Origin: Vairimorpha necatrix
Taxonomy: Eukaryota
Length of the DNA: 64,000 bases
Assembly (NCBI GenBank): GCA_036630325.1
Contig: CP142728.1
Span: 62,001-126,000, forward strand
Reading direction: 5' to 3'
In this document: positions 1 to 12,765 of the stretch, piece after piece
Layout: each line of letters starts with the position of its first letter
Numbering within the stretch: the stretch's first letter is position 1
Notes under the pieces: generated by a model
Seen by the model: only the letters and a program-made list of their open reading frames with translations
The model's database searches: none
What the model was told of the DNA's origin: nothing
Made by a program: the position numbers and the translations under genes

Positions 1-1796
1 TTTTTTCATATATACTGTGCAAAACTTATTCATAAAAATTTAATTTCATAGTTTCTATGACTAATTGGATGCATATTTAAGATTTTGGTAACCCTCTCTT
101 TTTTCAGTAATCTATTTTTAAAGTTCAAATATTGATGAGAAAGTTGTGATGATAATATCAATTTCTACTAAAATCTCTTTTTAGCTTATAATTTTTTGAT
201 AATAAACATCATATTATCTATATAAAAATTAGTCAATTCAAATTTAAAAAAGTATTGCGATAGAATATTTGGTAAATACATCTCAATAATAATAAATTCT
301 TTAAAAAAACATTAGTCTACATTATATCAAATACGACTTTTAATCTTTTATAAAACGTGATAATTAAGTTTTGTCCTATTTTAATTACTATAAATAAATA
401 TGAAATATTAGGAGTTATGTGTCTAGGAATATTATTATCCTAGAAATTGCATCTAAGTTCTGTTTAATATATATTGTAAGTTTATATTTTGATATTTGAT
501 ATATTTATGCAAAATTCAATTTGTATGAATTAAATTTAGACTTTAAAACGTAAAAGGTATTTTACATAAAATAATTATAGATTTAAAACATCTGATTTAA
601 ATTTTAAATATTAATCTGCTCTAATGCAATAATTACAATTTTAACTTACCATGTGCTGCTTTTTCTGCAAAATTTCATAGAAAAATCTTGATGTCTCATA
701 GGACATTCAAAATGTAATGTTATAGCTAATTTACATTCTAAAAAATCTATTTTAAGTAAGATTAATGAAGCACGTAATACAAATTAATTATTTTACAATG
801 CACATATATTTTAATGTCTAACTCCGCCGTGTTTACTAATTTTTAGATAAATAGTTTTTGTATAATCTTTTTATTTCGATTAAGTTTTTCAAGATCTTCT
901 TTTTTAAAATATATCTATAAATAATATATCATACAAGATTAGGTTTTTGTTCTGTGTTTGGCTTAAAAATTGCTCTGTGAAATTATCCTTTGCTTTGAAC
1001 TATGGGCCATATTCAAGAAGATTCATAAAAAAAAATTTCTTTGACAACAATATGATTTGATATGTTTATGGTCAATACATTTAGACTTTGCATTCTTACA
1101 AAACATAAATGCCTTTTATTGTGAACCTGATGCATATTATTTTATTTTAATTAAATAAATTCTAAATATTGGTGTAGATCAATATTTTCTTTGCTCGATG
1201 TTTAAAATCAAACGAAAAATAAATGAACATTTACATAAAATATAAGATTATCTTACTTATTGATCTCAGATGTATTCTTACGTAATTTAATATAATGCTG
1301 CATAATAAATATCACTATCACAAGTAAATCTAAAATTTTATATTAAGCTATAAATCATTATCACTTAATGAATTAAAATACTATTTATAATTGTAAGAAT
1401 TGCATATGAATTTGTAATTATACTTATTTTATTGGTCAGAAATGCAATGTAAGTAATATAATTGAAAGCTTTTCACTTAAAACCTGAAAAGAGAAAAAAA
1501 ATATTTCCATTTTAAAATTAAGGTTATATTTTTATATAATTTACCAAAAATTTATACAATTAATATAATGATCATCAAACAATATCAGTAAAAAAAAATT
1601 ACGTTTATTCAATCTTAAGTTTTGTCAAGATATTCATAAGAATTTTCTTACATCTACCCATACATATAATGTTCTTAAAAAAATTATGTGCCAACTAATA
1701 AATTCCAAACGCTGATTGTTTGTTCATATTGTAGTATGTATATTTATATAGTTTATTTTAGTATAATTTTTGACTTACTAATCACATTTACAAGTT

Positions 1797-1935
1797 AAGT
1801 CACAATTTCTTCTGGCAGTTTCCGGAGTTCCTTCTAAAATCCTATATTGGGCTCTTGAATGCCCTTTCTAATCAGCCATGCTCATGTCTGATTGACATAG
1901 TATGACTTTTTTAAAGTCATTTAATCATTCTTGTT
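1797..1935 (-). mobile_element. Short 3' fragment of an RLE-type non-LTR retrotransposon
   Basis: Nucleotide similarity (CTGGCAGTT...ATTGGGCTCT...CATGTCTG.TGACATAGT) to the clearer LINE 3' fragments at 11400-11675 and 23990-24615; boundaries approximate. Confidence 0.6.
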
Positions 1936-4347
1936 AAAATTAAAATGTAATATACCGAATTACTTTATATAGATAAAATTTAAATTTTACAAAAAATGTC
2001 GTAATATGTTTTGAAGGATGCTATGCCGATTTTTATGCTTTATATACATTTAACAAAATTAACAATCACACTGTTCATAAAAGGCATTCACAAGTTTATG
2101 TATTCTAAAATACTTTTTGAATTGAATATTATGTTTATTCAATAATAATTTTTTGAGACTATTCAAAATAAGCCATATCGAAATTATAAAGGCAGAGACA
2201 AAGAAAATCTTGCCAAAAAAGTTATAATCTATGTATATAATCAAAGAGAAATGATGTGAGTACAAATTTAGCAAAGTATTGAATTTTAAAACAATTAGTG
2301 GGGATTGTTGTATTTTCTAATGCAAATTTTGGTAGTTTTATATATTATAATAATATAGAGTAGTTTTGTTTTCAGCACTCAATAACTTTAAGTGAAAATT
2401 GTCTTTTCCTTTGTTTTAAGAAATTAAAAATACAAATATCTATCGGTAGGAAAATTAATCGAAAGATAGCTTGGTAACATGCTGAATATTTATTGTTATT
2501 AATAATACTTCATGTAAGATATTATGTACTTTCTATCTCAAAAAAGTTTCGTTAAATTTATATATATATCCGTCATGTTGTAATATACCTTTCTCAATAA
2601 AATACTTCACATGTAATCTACTATTTAGTGAGGAAACTGATTAGATCATTGAACCGTATTCTATTTCACATCAACAAAATTATAAAGACTGGAAAAACTA
2701 TCATATCATAAAATTTTTTATAGTTTTTGAAGTAAAACAAGAATTTAATATTTAATTAAAATTGTGTTCTAAAAATATTTGATTTTTGATTTATTTTATT
2801 AAACTTTGCATTTTTTTTAAAATAACTTAACACAATTTATATATTTCTAAATATAAAACAGTCAATAAATATCTATATTATTTGTTCTAAACAGAACCTA
2901 TAATAAACAAGAAAAAACGATACATAAATAGTAAGGTTTTTTTATATGATTAAATTCCTCAAATGATTATTTTTACGATTAACAATAACATGTTTAAACC
3001 TTATGTATGATAATAATTTTATATTTATTCGTTTCGAACAAGTTAAAAAAAAAAACTATGATTTAATAATTAGATGTATATAGGTATTAGAAAAATATTA
3101 TAGCTTGCATATTAAAATTTGTTGCAACCGAATTAGATAGCCTAAAATTTGTTACTCAATCAAAATTTCTAAATATGCTAAAAGTATTTTTCATCAATTC
3201 ACTTTTTCTATTTAACGACAGCTTAATGAGATTAGAATTCTTATTTTTATCTTATTGGTGTAAGTTCAAAAAAAAATAATTTTAACCTTGTTTGATAATT
3301 CAGGTACATGACATCTGTCAAAAATCTCGTTATCGAATATGTTGCAAAAATTTTTAAAAAATAATTACCTATAACAAAAATAAAAATTGTATAAAAAACA
3401 AATGTAATTAACTTTTGAGCATTACAGGAATGAAAAAAATAATATAAACAAAAAAAGTTAGATTAATGTAATAAGAGAGTTCCACGTAATATTAAATTTT
3501 TATTTATACAGTAAAGTCAAATATAGTTAATTTTTTAGATACGCTTTCATATCATGAGTAATCAATAGGGTAAATTGTTAATAAGATGTAGTATTTCAAA
3601 TTGAGCTTGTTAATGTACATGTACTGGAAATTTTTCTCAACAGAAAAATTTTCACCTTGTTTTCAATCTTTTTAATTTCATAAAATCGAATAATTTTTTA
3701 TAAGTTTCTATGCTTTTATTTAGTGTATAGAAAATTATAGCTGAGTTATTTCGAGGTTGTTTTTAAACTACGAAAAAATAATAACTTTAAATTACGATTT
3801 TATATAAATATGTATTTTAGTTTGCCCTACAATATTTAATGTACATAAATTAAATTTTTAATCAGCTTCAATCTAAATTTAAAAAATAATTATAGTCTTA
3901 GATAAAAATTCTAACATTATGCTCATTTTTATTTTAAAGATATAAATTAAAAAAATAAGTATTTAACACCTCTCAAACTGTTTATAAACAAAATTTTTAA
4001 TTCAAGTATAAACATCACGATTTTTTGGTTAAATATAGCCAATTTAATAAAACATTTGAGCCATAATAACATATAACAGTATTTTGCTTGTGATTTAATT
4101 TTAGAGATCAAATATGTTCTTAACTAATAATTTTATTTTATAACATAAAAGTTGTTTATCAATTTACTCATAGTCGGAATAAAAAATATCTACAAGCGTC
4201 AACTTTAATACGTATTGACATATCTCAATAGACAAATAATAATATTTAAAAAATTTTTAGAAAAGGGAATAAATTTATATAAGTTCTGTAATATTTTCTG
4301 TATAAAACGATCTAATAGTTACTATGTAATTAATTAAAACGATTTTA

Positions 4348-4749
4348 CTATTTTATTTTGTTTTTTCGTTTTTTTTTTACTACCAAATTTTGCACATTTG
4401 ACATTCGTCTTGCTTTACAATATATCGTGAAAAGTAGTATAGGACTTAAGTCATGCTTAGGGGCCTTTTTATGATATAAATATTCATTTACTGGTGATAT
4501 TTTTTCACTTTGTCTTTTATTTTGAAACCATACAGTGATAGTCTTAAGATTTAAATTTAGCATAAAAGCTAAATCGATTTTTGTTTGATAGGAAGGATAC
4601 ATTGTTATGTTATACACCTCGCTTAAAGTAAATGTTTGTATTTTGGATTTCTGTTTTCTTTTAGTATGAGAACTTTCAAATCCATTTTTTAATAAACATA
4701 ATCCCAATGCAGCTTGAATTTTTAGTTCTTCTTCAAAAATATTGTTCAT
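4348..4749 (-). CDS. Homeodomain protein (microsporidian HD type)
   Basis: LSEVYNITMYPSYQTKIDLAFMLNLNLKTITVWFQNKRQ matches the homeodomain with the helix-3 WFQN motif; GGGGCTATG start context; paralog of 52436-52792. Confidence 0.88.
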   Translation of the reverse strand: MNNIFEEELKIQAALGLCLLKNGFESSHTKRKQKSKIQTFTLSEVYNITMYPSYQTKIDLAFMLNLNLKTITVWFQNKRQSEKISPVNEYLYHKKAPKHDLSPILLFTIYCKARRMSNVQNLVVKKKRKNKIK

Positions 4750-7700
4750 AGCCCCGAATTAAAAAGTACGTTTTTTATTATATTAAAAATTAATAAGATT
4801 GTTCTAAAAAAATAATTAATTGAAATATTAATTTCACATTTAAAGTAATTAGAAAGTATTTGTGTCTTTATACTGATCATTTATTATAAATTAAATACAA
4901 ATTTATATTAAAATTAGACTTTACTATAAAATTGTTGGTTAAACAATATGTCAATCAGTTTTATTTTTTTTTTATTCTTATTAAAAAAAATTACAAATCA
5001 GATAGATCTTAGTTTTATCATTTTATAGTGCCTCTTAAAAATAAAAAAAATAATTAAGACAATTTTGTTTGTAATCTTAACAAAATAACAAAATAAAATG
5101 TAAAAAACTTTCATCGTGGCTTCATTGTAAATTAAAAATGCAAAAAAATATGTCTCTATAAATTTCTAACGAAATTTTAAATTAGATGTAAGTTTTATGT
5201 TAAAATAAAAGTTTTTTATATTTTATGTTATTGGTCTTGTGAATTAATCGTATGGCACCAACATCGTTAAGATTTATGCTTTTAGCAATATTCTATCAAA
5301 ATAGTGGTTTATGTTCAAAATTTCTCATATGTGATATTTTTTCATACGAAGAAATCTATGTTGTTTGTTGTTCAACAAAATTCAAATAGATTTTGAATAG
5401 ACTATATAAAGTTCAATAAGTATAAATACTATGTTGAAAATGCAAAAGTATGCTTTTATATAATTAATAACAATTAAGTAAAAAATATATAATTTATCAA
5501 TTATCACAACATCTGATTATATACGTAATTGCAAAATAGAGTATTAATGTACCTATAGTCTACTTTTTCATATTAATTATGTGTTATATTATTTGTATAT
5601 AATTCATTTTCTAATTTTAAGACAAAATATATAATATTTAAAAATTGAATTTTTCTCACATTGTTGTTTTTTATAAAATTAGAAATTTTAAATTTTAAAA
5701 GCTTAACATTACATAATCGATTCGTACATTTGAAAATTCAAACTCTCCCGTAAACAATACAATATGAGTTTTTATTGAACTAAATATACATGATTTACAA
5801 TGATACGGGACTATATTATTCGAAAGTAAAAATTATAATCAATTGATAATTTAGCTTAAAAAAAGTTTTCTTGTAAATGTATTAGCAATATATAACCGTT
5901 ATATTTTTGAGCGAAAACAAATTTAAGGGGAAAATTTTCAAAAATAAAAATCTAAAATTGACAGCCATCATAAATTTAAAAATTCTTGATTTGATCTTAT
6001 TTAGAAATGAGACATTTAAATAAACTTATAAGTATCCTGATAAAAAACCAACTTATTAAAGTTATATACTCCAGAATGTGGTAAAGAAAAGAAAAATGAT
6101 CCTAGTCTCGGTTTTATTATTAACATATTATGGCTTTACAAAATGTCTAAAGAACCATTTTAATGTCAAATTATAAAAAAATGAATTTACACATGTTCTT
6201 AAATATAAATATCTAAAAAATTATTTTCGCAATTATCTTGTTTTGGCTTAAAAGTTTATTTTAAATGTGTTTGTATGTGGTACTGTTTGGGTAAATTGTA
6301 TTTTAAAAAGCGTTTTAGATCATTTATTACATTACATTAACTTTCCATTGGCATATTAATTATATTATTGAAGATTCGTTTAGTATTGTATCTGTTTATC
6401 CAAAATGTGCATCTTAAATAGACGATTACGTAATAAAATGTTTCTACAATGGAAATCAAAATACAAATTGTAAATCTTTTAGATATGAATACCTAAAAGC
6501 CAAATTGCAGAGTAATAATTGATGGTGTAAGTTGACCAAAGATAGAGTATAAATTAATGTAAATAAAAAATTTAAAAAAGTTTTTTAAAGAAAATGAAAT
6601 TTTAAAAGTTATTTTGATACTGATACAATTGGATTTAGTAAAAATAATACCAATACAGAATTAGATGACAACAAAAAACTTGTTCTACCTAAGATTAAGT
6701 ATTGCAACGCTATCAAATTCGATATCAAACAGAAAATTCCATTCAAATATGTTCAGGACAGAAGCTTCTGATGATGACGTCGATACTAAGCGTACCCCGC
6801 GACGGCTTCATCTAATCTAATAACAGTTGTATTTTTATATATTATTCCGTTTTTTATTGCCGTTAAAATTATTCTTACAAAATTTTTAAGAGTATACACC
6901 CTAAAAATGTTATAAATGAATTTTTAGTAGTACTGATTTGTATAGTATTAAAGCAAAGCAAATCATGATTACGTATAATGGTATCATAAAATTATGATAT
7001 TCATAATTCAGTTTGTTTAACTTATTAAAATAAATTGTACTTTTTGCAAACACTTGTAACGACTTTTCAGTACATCCATTGTGATCTTTACCGTAGTATC
7101 GTTCGATTTTATCAAATATGTCATAATTATATGAAAAGAAGATACAATTTTATTTTAAATCTGGTTGCTTGCCTTCTGCAAACTGCAATTAGTAGTAAAA
7201 AAATAAGAATTTTTTTTTGAACTACAATATGTGTATTCTGAAAATATAGTAAAAGCACCTGATTTAAATTCTATAGGTCTTATTTTGATTTATTTTTAGT
7301 CTTTCATATATTCGAAACCATCTGACATTTAATTGACATTTGTAATTATTTTTTGATCTCCTTTCTAGTATGTTTAATTCTAATTTGCTGGTTGTTGAAA
7401 TTGATATAAGACATTTATCTATTTTTTTTGTGAAATACTATAATAATTTCTCTACTAACGAAACAAAAGCAGAAACTAACATTTTGTTTCATCTTAAAAC
7501 ATTATGGTATTTGGGAAAATGATTTAAACCATAATGACACATTTTTAAATAAAATTATCGAATTAATAACTCATAATAAAGTGAATATTGCAAAACACAG
7601 ACAAATCACAGGATTCTATTCTTGATACAATATTAAAAATAAGGTTTTTTAAATATTCATAAGATAGAACAATATTAATATAACATTTTCTGACATATAT

Positions 7701-8188
7701 GCTTGCTTTAAATAAATTTTAATCATAATATATAAATCTGAAACTTTACAACATTTATGGTTTTTCACCTTTTTATTTTTTAAGTATATTATAGGAAAAG
7801 AAAACATAAATTGTTTCTTAGGCTATTCTGTTTGTTGTTTTAAAATTTATATAGATGATAGACTGGTACAAATATTTTATATAAGATCACAATTGATATT
7901 AAACTGTATAAATTTCGGTTATTTTTCATATTTTACATATATTTCAATGGTTTAACGTATTTCAAAAACGAGCAATAACGAATCAATTAATAACTTATTA
8001 GCTAATATTGTTTTTAAAATTTATTAAAAAAATATTTAGTTTTAAATTACTATTGCAGACATACTAATATGTCTTTAAAGTAGTTATAGAATTTATTAAT
8101 CATATATATTATTTATATCTCTTGTAAATGTCATAAGATGACTCAAATTAATTTTGTGTCATATATATTCCATTAAAAAACAGCCCTA

Positions 8189-9484
8189 ATGTATTTGCAA
8201 TTTCTAATGTATGTTGTTTGGGGATATTCTTGGCTGTCTTTATTTGTTGAATATAAAGAAAATTCTATATGTGATGTATATATAGGTGTTACAAGCTATG
8301 CTAGCCGTTTAAAAAACTTACATATTACTCTCCTTAAAGACAAATATTTTAAAGCTGATGCCCGAAATATGAGGGAATTTATAGATAATGTACAACTGTC
8401 GATGGCAAGTAACGGAAGTAATTTATATCTAGTAAATAAACAGGAATATGATGAAATCAGAATAGCATCATCTATATTAAATTACAATGATTCTGTTAAA
8501 AAATTCTCTCAAAGTGAGAAATATTATAAATATACAATTAACTTGTTGGATGGAAGGACATATTTTTTTGCAATTGTTTTAGAAAGAGCGAATAATGGAC
8601 CTATATCCCTTACGTATACACAAATATTTAATTTTGATGGTAAATTTCGATGTGGTGAGCTTTACTTACAAAAAGTTCCGTTTTATATAGATAAAATTCC
8701 GACTAGTACAAATGTAAATCACATTCTTGATACAAACAAAAGTAATAGTTTGGAAAATAGTCATAAGACTGCGAAGCAAAATAATAGTTGTAAAAATACT
8801 AAACAAAATAATAATCATATGAATGCTGAACCGAAAGATAATCTTGATAAGAATCTAAGGAACTCGGGCCTTGAAAATGATCTTGAGATTAAATCTCCTG
8901 ATATGAATACTGCAGACGAAACTGCCAATAATAATCCTACGAACAAAACTGCTTGCATGAATCTTACTAACTCTGGACTTGATAGTAATCTTGCAAACGA
9001 AAAAGCAGATAAGAATCTTACTAACTCTGGACTTGATAGTAATCTTGTGGACGAAAAAGCTTATAAGAATATAAGTAACTCTGGATCTAAAAATATTCTT
9101 GAGAACGAAACTCCTGATATGAATATAAGTAACGCGGTACCTGATAATAATCTCGAGAACAAAGCTCCAGATATAAATATTGTGGACGAATCTTCTGATA
9201 ATACTTTTACAAAGAAAACTCCTGATAATAATCTTGTGAGCGAAACTCCTAGTGAAAACCTAAGTAACGTGGGACTTGATAATATATTTGAGAACGAAAA
9301 ACTTGATAATAAAAAATTAATTAGCTCTGGATCTAAAGGTAAACATGGAAATAACGAAGATGGTTCAAAAGACGATCCAAATGACAATGATAGTAAACTT
9401 TTTAAGTATTGTCTATTTTATATCGTTTTCGTAGTATTATTAGCTTTTTCCGTATTTTTTTTACAAAAAAAAAATAAAAATTAA
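8189..9484 (+). CDS. Lineage-specific type I membrane/surface protein (family A member 1) with an 18-aa repeat stalk
   Basis: 431-aa ORF; CCCTAATG start; hydrophobic N-terminus; KE-N-x-CD-x-Y motif shared with the paralogs; C-terminal TM segment (YCLFYIVFVVLLAFSVFFL) followed by a basic tail. Confidence 0.85.
   Translation: MYLQFLMYVVWGYSWLSLFVEYKENSICDVYIGVTSYASRLKNLHITLLKDKYFKADARNMREFIDNVQLSMASNGSNLYLVNKQEYDEIRIASSILNYNDSVKKFSQSEKYYKYTINLLDGRTYFFAIVLERANNGPISLTYTQIFNFDGKFRCGELYLQKVPFYIDKIPTSTNVNHILDTNKSNSLENSHKTAKQNNSCKNTKQNNNHMNAEPKDNLDKNLRNSGLENDLEIKSPDMNTADETANNNPTNKTACMNLTNSGLDSNLANEKADKNLTNSGLDSNLVDEKAYKNISNSGSKNILENETPDMNISNAVPDNNLENKAPDINIVDESSDNTFTKKTPDNNLVSETPSENLSNVGLDNIFENEKLDNKKLISSGSKGKHGNNEDGSKDDPNDNDSKLFKYCLFYIVFVVLLAFSVFFLQKKNKN
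8849..9310 (+). repeat. Degenerate 54-bp (18-aa) coding tandem repeat, about 8 units
   Basis: AATCTTACTAACTCTGGACTTGATAGTAATCTTG occurs at 8960 and 9014; protein units such as MNLTNSGLDSNLANEKAD, KNLTNSGLDSNLVDEKAY, KNISNSGSKNILENETPD. Confidence 0.85.
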
Positions 9485-10349
9485 TATTAAATTACTAATT
9501 ATTATAGTTTTTTCGTATGTTACACGTTAGAAATTTTTTACAAAATAAGTGATAAATTTAAGAATTTTTATTTTACACTGACAAATTTTTATGTATAATA
9601 TTAATATATTGCCACACAATGATATAAATCTTTGACTATTTTCCCGTTCTTTTAAAAACTTTTATGATTTATACTATCAATCTACAATTTGTTCATACAA
9701 TCATTAGAACAAAAAATAAACTTGATGTTATGCCCAGAAAATAATATAGAGAACAACAATTGGAATGCAAACATTATAATGCAATGATGGTTTACTAATA
9801 CATATATTAGCTCATTAAAACTATACTGAAATTCACTTGAGTATAAGAATAACGTACTATTTATTAATATTTGTAACAAACTGAGTATAAATAGTGCCAA
9901 GCTTATTATAAAGAAGATATGTAATGACTGTAACTAATATAAAAGATATTTCGAATGTACCTAAAAACTGTTTTAGATTGTAATAAAACTAGATTTTGTA
10001 TGGTTATTGATAAACATAAATTCAAATTCATTAAATATTCCCCCATCGTAACGGATTCTATTGAAATAATTATTTTTATTAAGTAAATATTTTGAAGGCC
10101 AATTTCACGTGTATTTTTAAAGTTTCAATAAATATTCGCAAAATCTTATGAAGATTGTCGACCTATAAAGAATTTTTTTAATATTAACTACTTGAAATGG
10201 TATAAACTTTTAAACTTTTTTACAAAAATTTTGCTTATAAACAATTTGAATATGGCGCAATTTTATATTCTTATAAATAAAGGCACTTTTGTTTTATCTT
10301 TGCATTACTACTGAATCTTATTATAGAGTTGAAACAACACTATAAGAAT

Positions 10350-11276
10350 AGTGATTGATTGTAAAATGTTTCTAAAATAGAGATTTTATCATGAAATAAA
10401 AAATAACTATTCTATAACCCAATCAGCAAATTTAAAATTTCCGAAGATCAAAAAATCTTATACATTACTATTAGATCTAATTTTAGAACTGAAAAGTCTT
10501 TGGTCGTCGGCAAACAAAAATACTTTAAGTAATTTTAATAACAAAAAGGGCACTTTTAAGGTACAATTGCCAGAGAATTGATTCATTTAATATGATCTAG
10601 AATATTTGCGTAAGATGTTGAATTGTTTTATTCACCATAAAATATGATACTTAGATGATTCATCATAGTACTCATGCGACAAATATTGTTTAATTGAAGT
10701 ATTACAGATTTTTATAGAATACAGAAAATAATGCTTATGAATAAAGTGAAGGATGATGTTTAATTTCATAATACAGTATAGAAGCATACGCTAGATTTTA
10801 TCTATAAAACTTTTGTTTCGAAAAAGTAGACTTGACCTTTAAAATTTTTTTTGTCTTTAAAAGAACACTCTGAAAATCAAGAGGAACTAAAACTTACGTT
10901 TAGTTTAGAATAAGATTAATCAATTTATACGGCAAAAACATTTGTGTCTATGAAAATAATTAAAAATTCATAGGAATATCTAAACAGTAATACATAAGAA
11001 AAATAAAAATTCAATCTGATGTAATAAAATCAGGTATAATGAAGTTACACTGAGTGAATTATTAAGTAAATTTATATATGATAATTTAAAATATTTTCTG
11101 TGGTTTAGATAAATAACGTCAGCCGAATGAGTAAAAAATACACGATACGATGGTTTGACAAGCAACGATAAAATAATTATTTGGTTTCAGGAAATAGTAA
11201 ATATTTATAGTGAAGATAAAAAAAAATTTTTACATTTCAATGCGGGATCTACTAGGTTGCCTTTCAATAAATTATG
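10350..11276 (+). pseudogene. HECT-domain E3 ubiquitin ligase pseudogene fragment
   Basis: Manual translation of 11122-11276 gives AE*VKNTRYDGLTSNDKIIIWFQEIVNIYSEDKKKFLHFNAGSTRLP, matching the HECT C-lobe consensus DWxxNTxY...IxWFWE...KKFLxFxTGSxRLP. Stops are present; the 5' boundary is uncertain. Confidence 0.7.
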
Positions 11277-11399
11277 AATTCTTTTGGTTCTGGTGTATAT
11301 CTAGGCAGATTTACAGTACGAAAAATATATTTTTATAATATTAATATCTAAAAATGCTATGTCATTTTTAATATATAATTTATTTGGGTAAAATATTCG

Positions 11400-11675
11400 G
11401 CTTATTAATTACTTTTCACAAGATACGCTTACAGTCTCATCTGGCAGTTCCATGACTTCCTTCGAGATTCACTCATTGGGCTCTCGAAGACCCCTTCCTG
11501 ATCTTTATCAAGACCATGTCTGGCTGACATAGTTAGGCTTTCTGAGTCATTTTAAGGACTCTTGACTGTATATATGCTTCCGTTCTGGGTTCTAATCTGA
11601 GCACTTTGATATGCGTACGGTGAAAATTAGTTACTATTCCATCCAACGTCATCACATAAGGAATAATTTTTTGGC
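11400..11675 (-). mobile_element. 3' fragment of an RLE-type (restriction-like endonuclease) non-LTR retrotransposon
   Basis: Minus strand reads KIIPYVMTLDGIVTNFHRTHIKVLRLEPRTEAYIQSRVLKMT, the typical C-terminus of microsporidian RLE LINE ORFs. Confidence 0.8.
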
Positions 11676-11678
11676 TTG

Positions 11679-12153
11679 GATTGTTAAATCAAAAAAAATT
11701 AATTTAAAATATGTTAGGTTATTTATAATTATATAGCTTTATGATTATATTCTTTTTTTAAATTAAATTTCGTATACAAATATATATTTATTTGGCATTT
11801 CTAATGTCTAAAGATGCAAGTATTTTTGGTGCTAATGATTGCTTCTCCTTTATTTTGCACTTCGTTTATGGGGTAATAAGAAATAAAGTGAACACCCTCA
11901 GAGGGGGGCGTATTGGTCTCAATTCTAAAAAATCAGAAGGGCAAAAAATGCTTATTAGTTAATATTATTGTAAAAACTTGTATTAAAATATAATTGTGTA
12001 CATAAATATATATTTATTTATTGTTTTTAATGTCATAAGTGCTTAGTAATTTTTGTCCCCTTCCTGCTCCTCTTTTTTTGCACTTCAATTTTTGGGTTCG
12101 AAAAAAAAATCGAAGCGCTTCAAAAAAGGGGGGGTCTAATGTACCCCTCCCCC
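11679..12153 (-). mobile_element. Truncated, diverged copy of the MITE at 25846-26684
   Basis: Reverse complement of about 25846-26321 (e.g. TCATAAGTGCTTAGTAATTTTTGTCCCCTTCCTGCTCCTC); only one terminal arm is present. Confidence 0.85.
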
Positions 12154-12765
12154 TATTTGTAATATTTTAAATTGCCGCAAAAAAGAAAGGAGGAGGTTCT
12201 AAAATATAATAATAAAAATCATATTTACATCTATAAAACTAATATTTTCGGCGAGACGTACCTCCGCTTGGGGTACGTCAGTTTCCAAAAAATTTTTGGA
12301 TATTTTTATCATTTAATGAGATTATCAAAAGTGTTATAGTAAATGTGTTTTCTATAATGAGCTAATGAAATAAAAAGAATGTCTCAAAATACATCAATAC
12401 GAAACAATATCTTTATTTAACTTTACTGTCATCTTTTGAGATCTAAACAAATAATAGTCATCCTGAATACTGATTAGTAGCTACTTATAGACGCTTTTTT
12501 TTCATTTTCGTTTGCTTATTTTTTTGTCTGATGTATTTATACATAAAAAATAATTTTTATAAAAGTGAAGGAAATAATTATTTTGATTATTAAAAGGTTA
12601 ATAGTACCAAAAAAATATTTAAATTAAGATTGAAAATAATAATTTAAACATGAAAAAAAACTATTAAAATGTAAAAAAAATTTGATGTAAAAATGTCTAG
12701 TTGATAACTGTCAATTTGTGATTTATATTAATTATGCATATAAATATCTAAAAGTCATGACCCCA

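Noticed and set aside
2059-2274. Short hydrophobic ORFs in AT-rich spacers (also 7035, 9682, 18891, 20541, 22762, 36936)
   Set aside because: F/I/L/K/N-rich composition expected by chance; often non-ATG starts with no CCC/GGG context
6090-6890. Possible decayed secreted or membrane gene (signal-like MILVSVLLLTYYGF and a TM-like 3' end)
   Set aside because: Too many stops to reconstruct and no convincing match to family A by eye
9061-9387. Minus-strand 108-aa ORF and similar antisense ORFs (25622, 35134, 43112, 48370, 49054, 53297, 57066, 60005, 62454)
   Set aside because: They overlap well-supported genes on the opposite strand and have shadow-like composition
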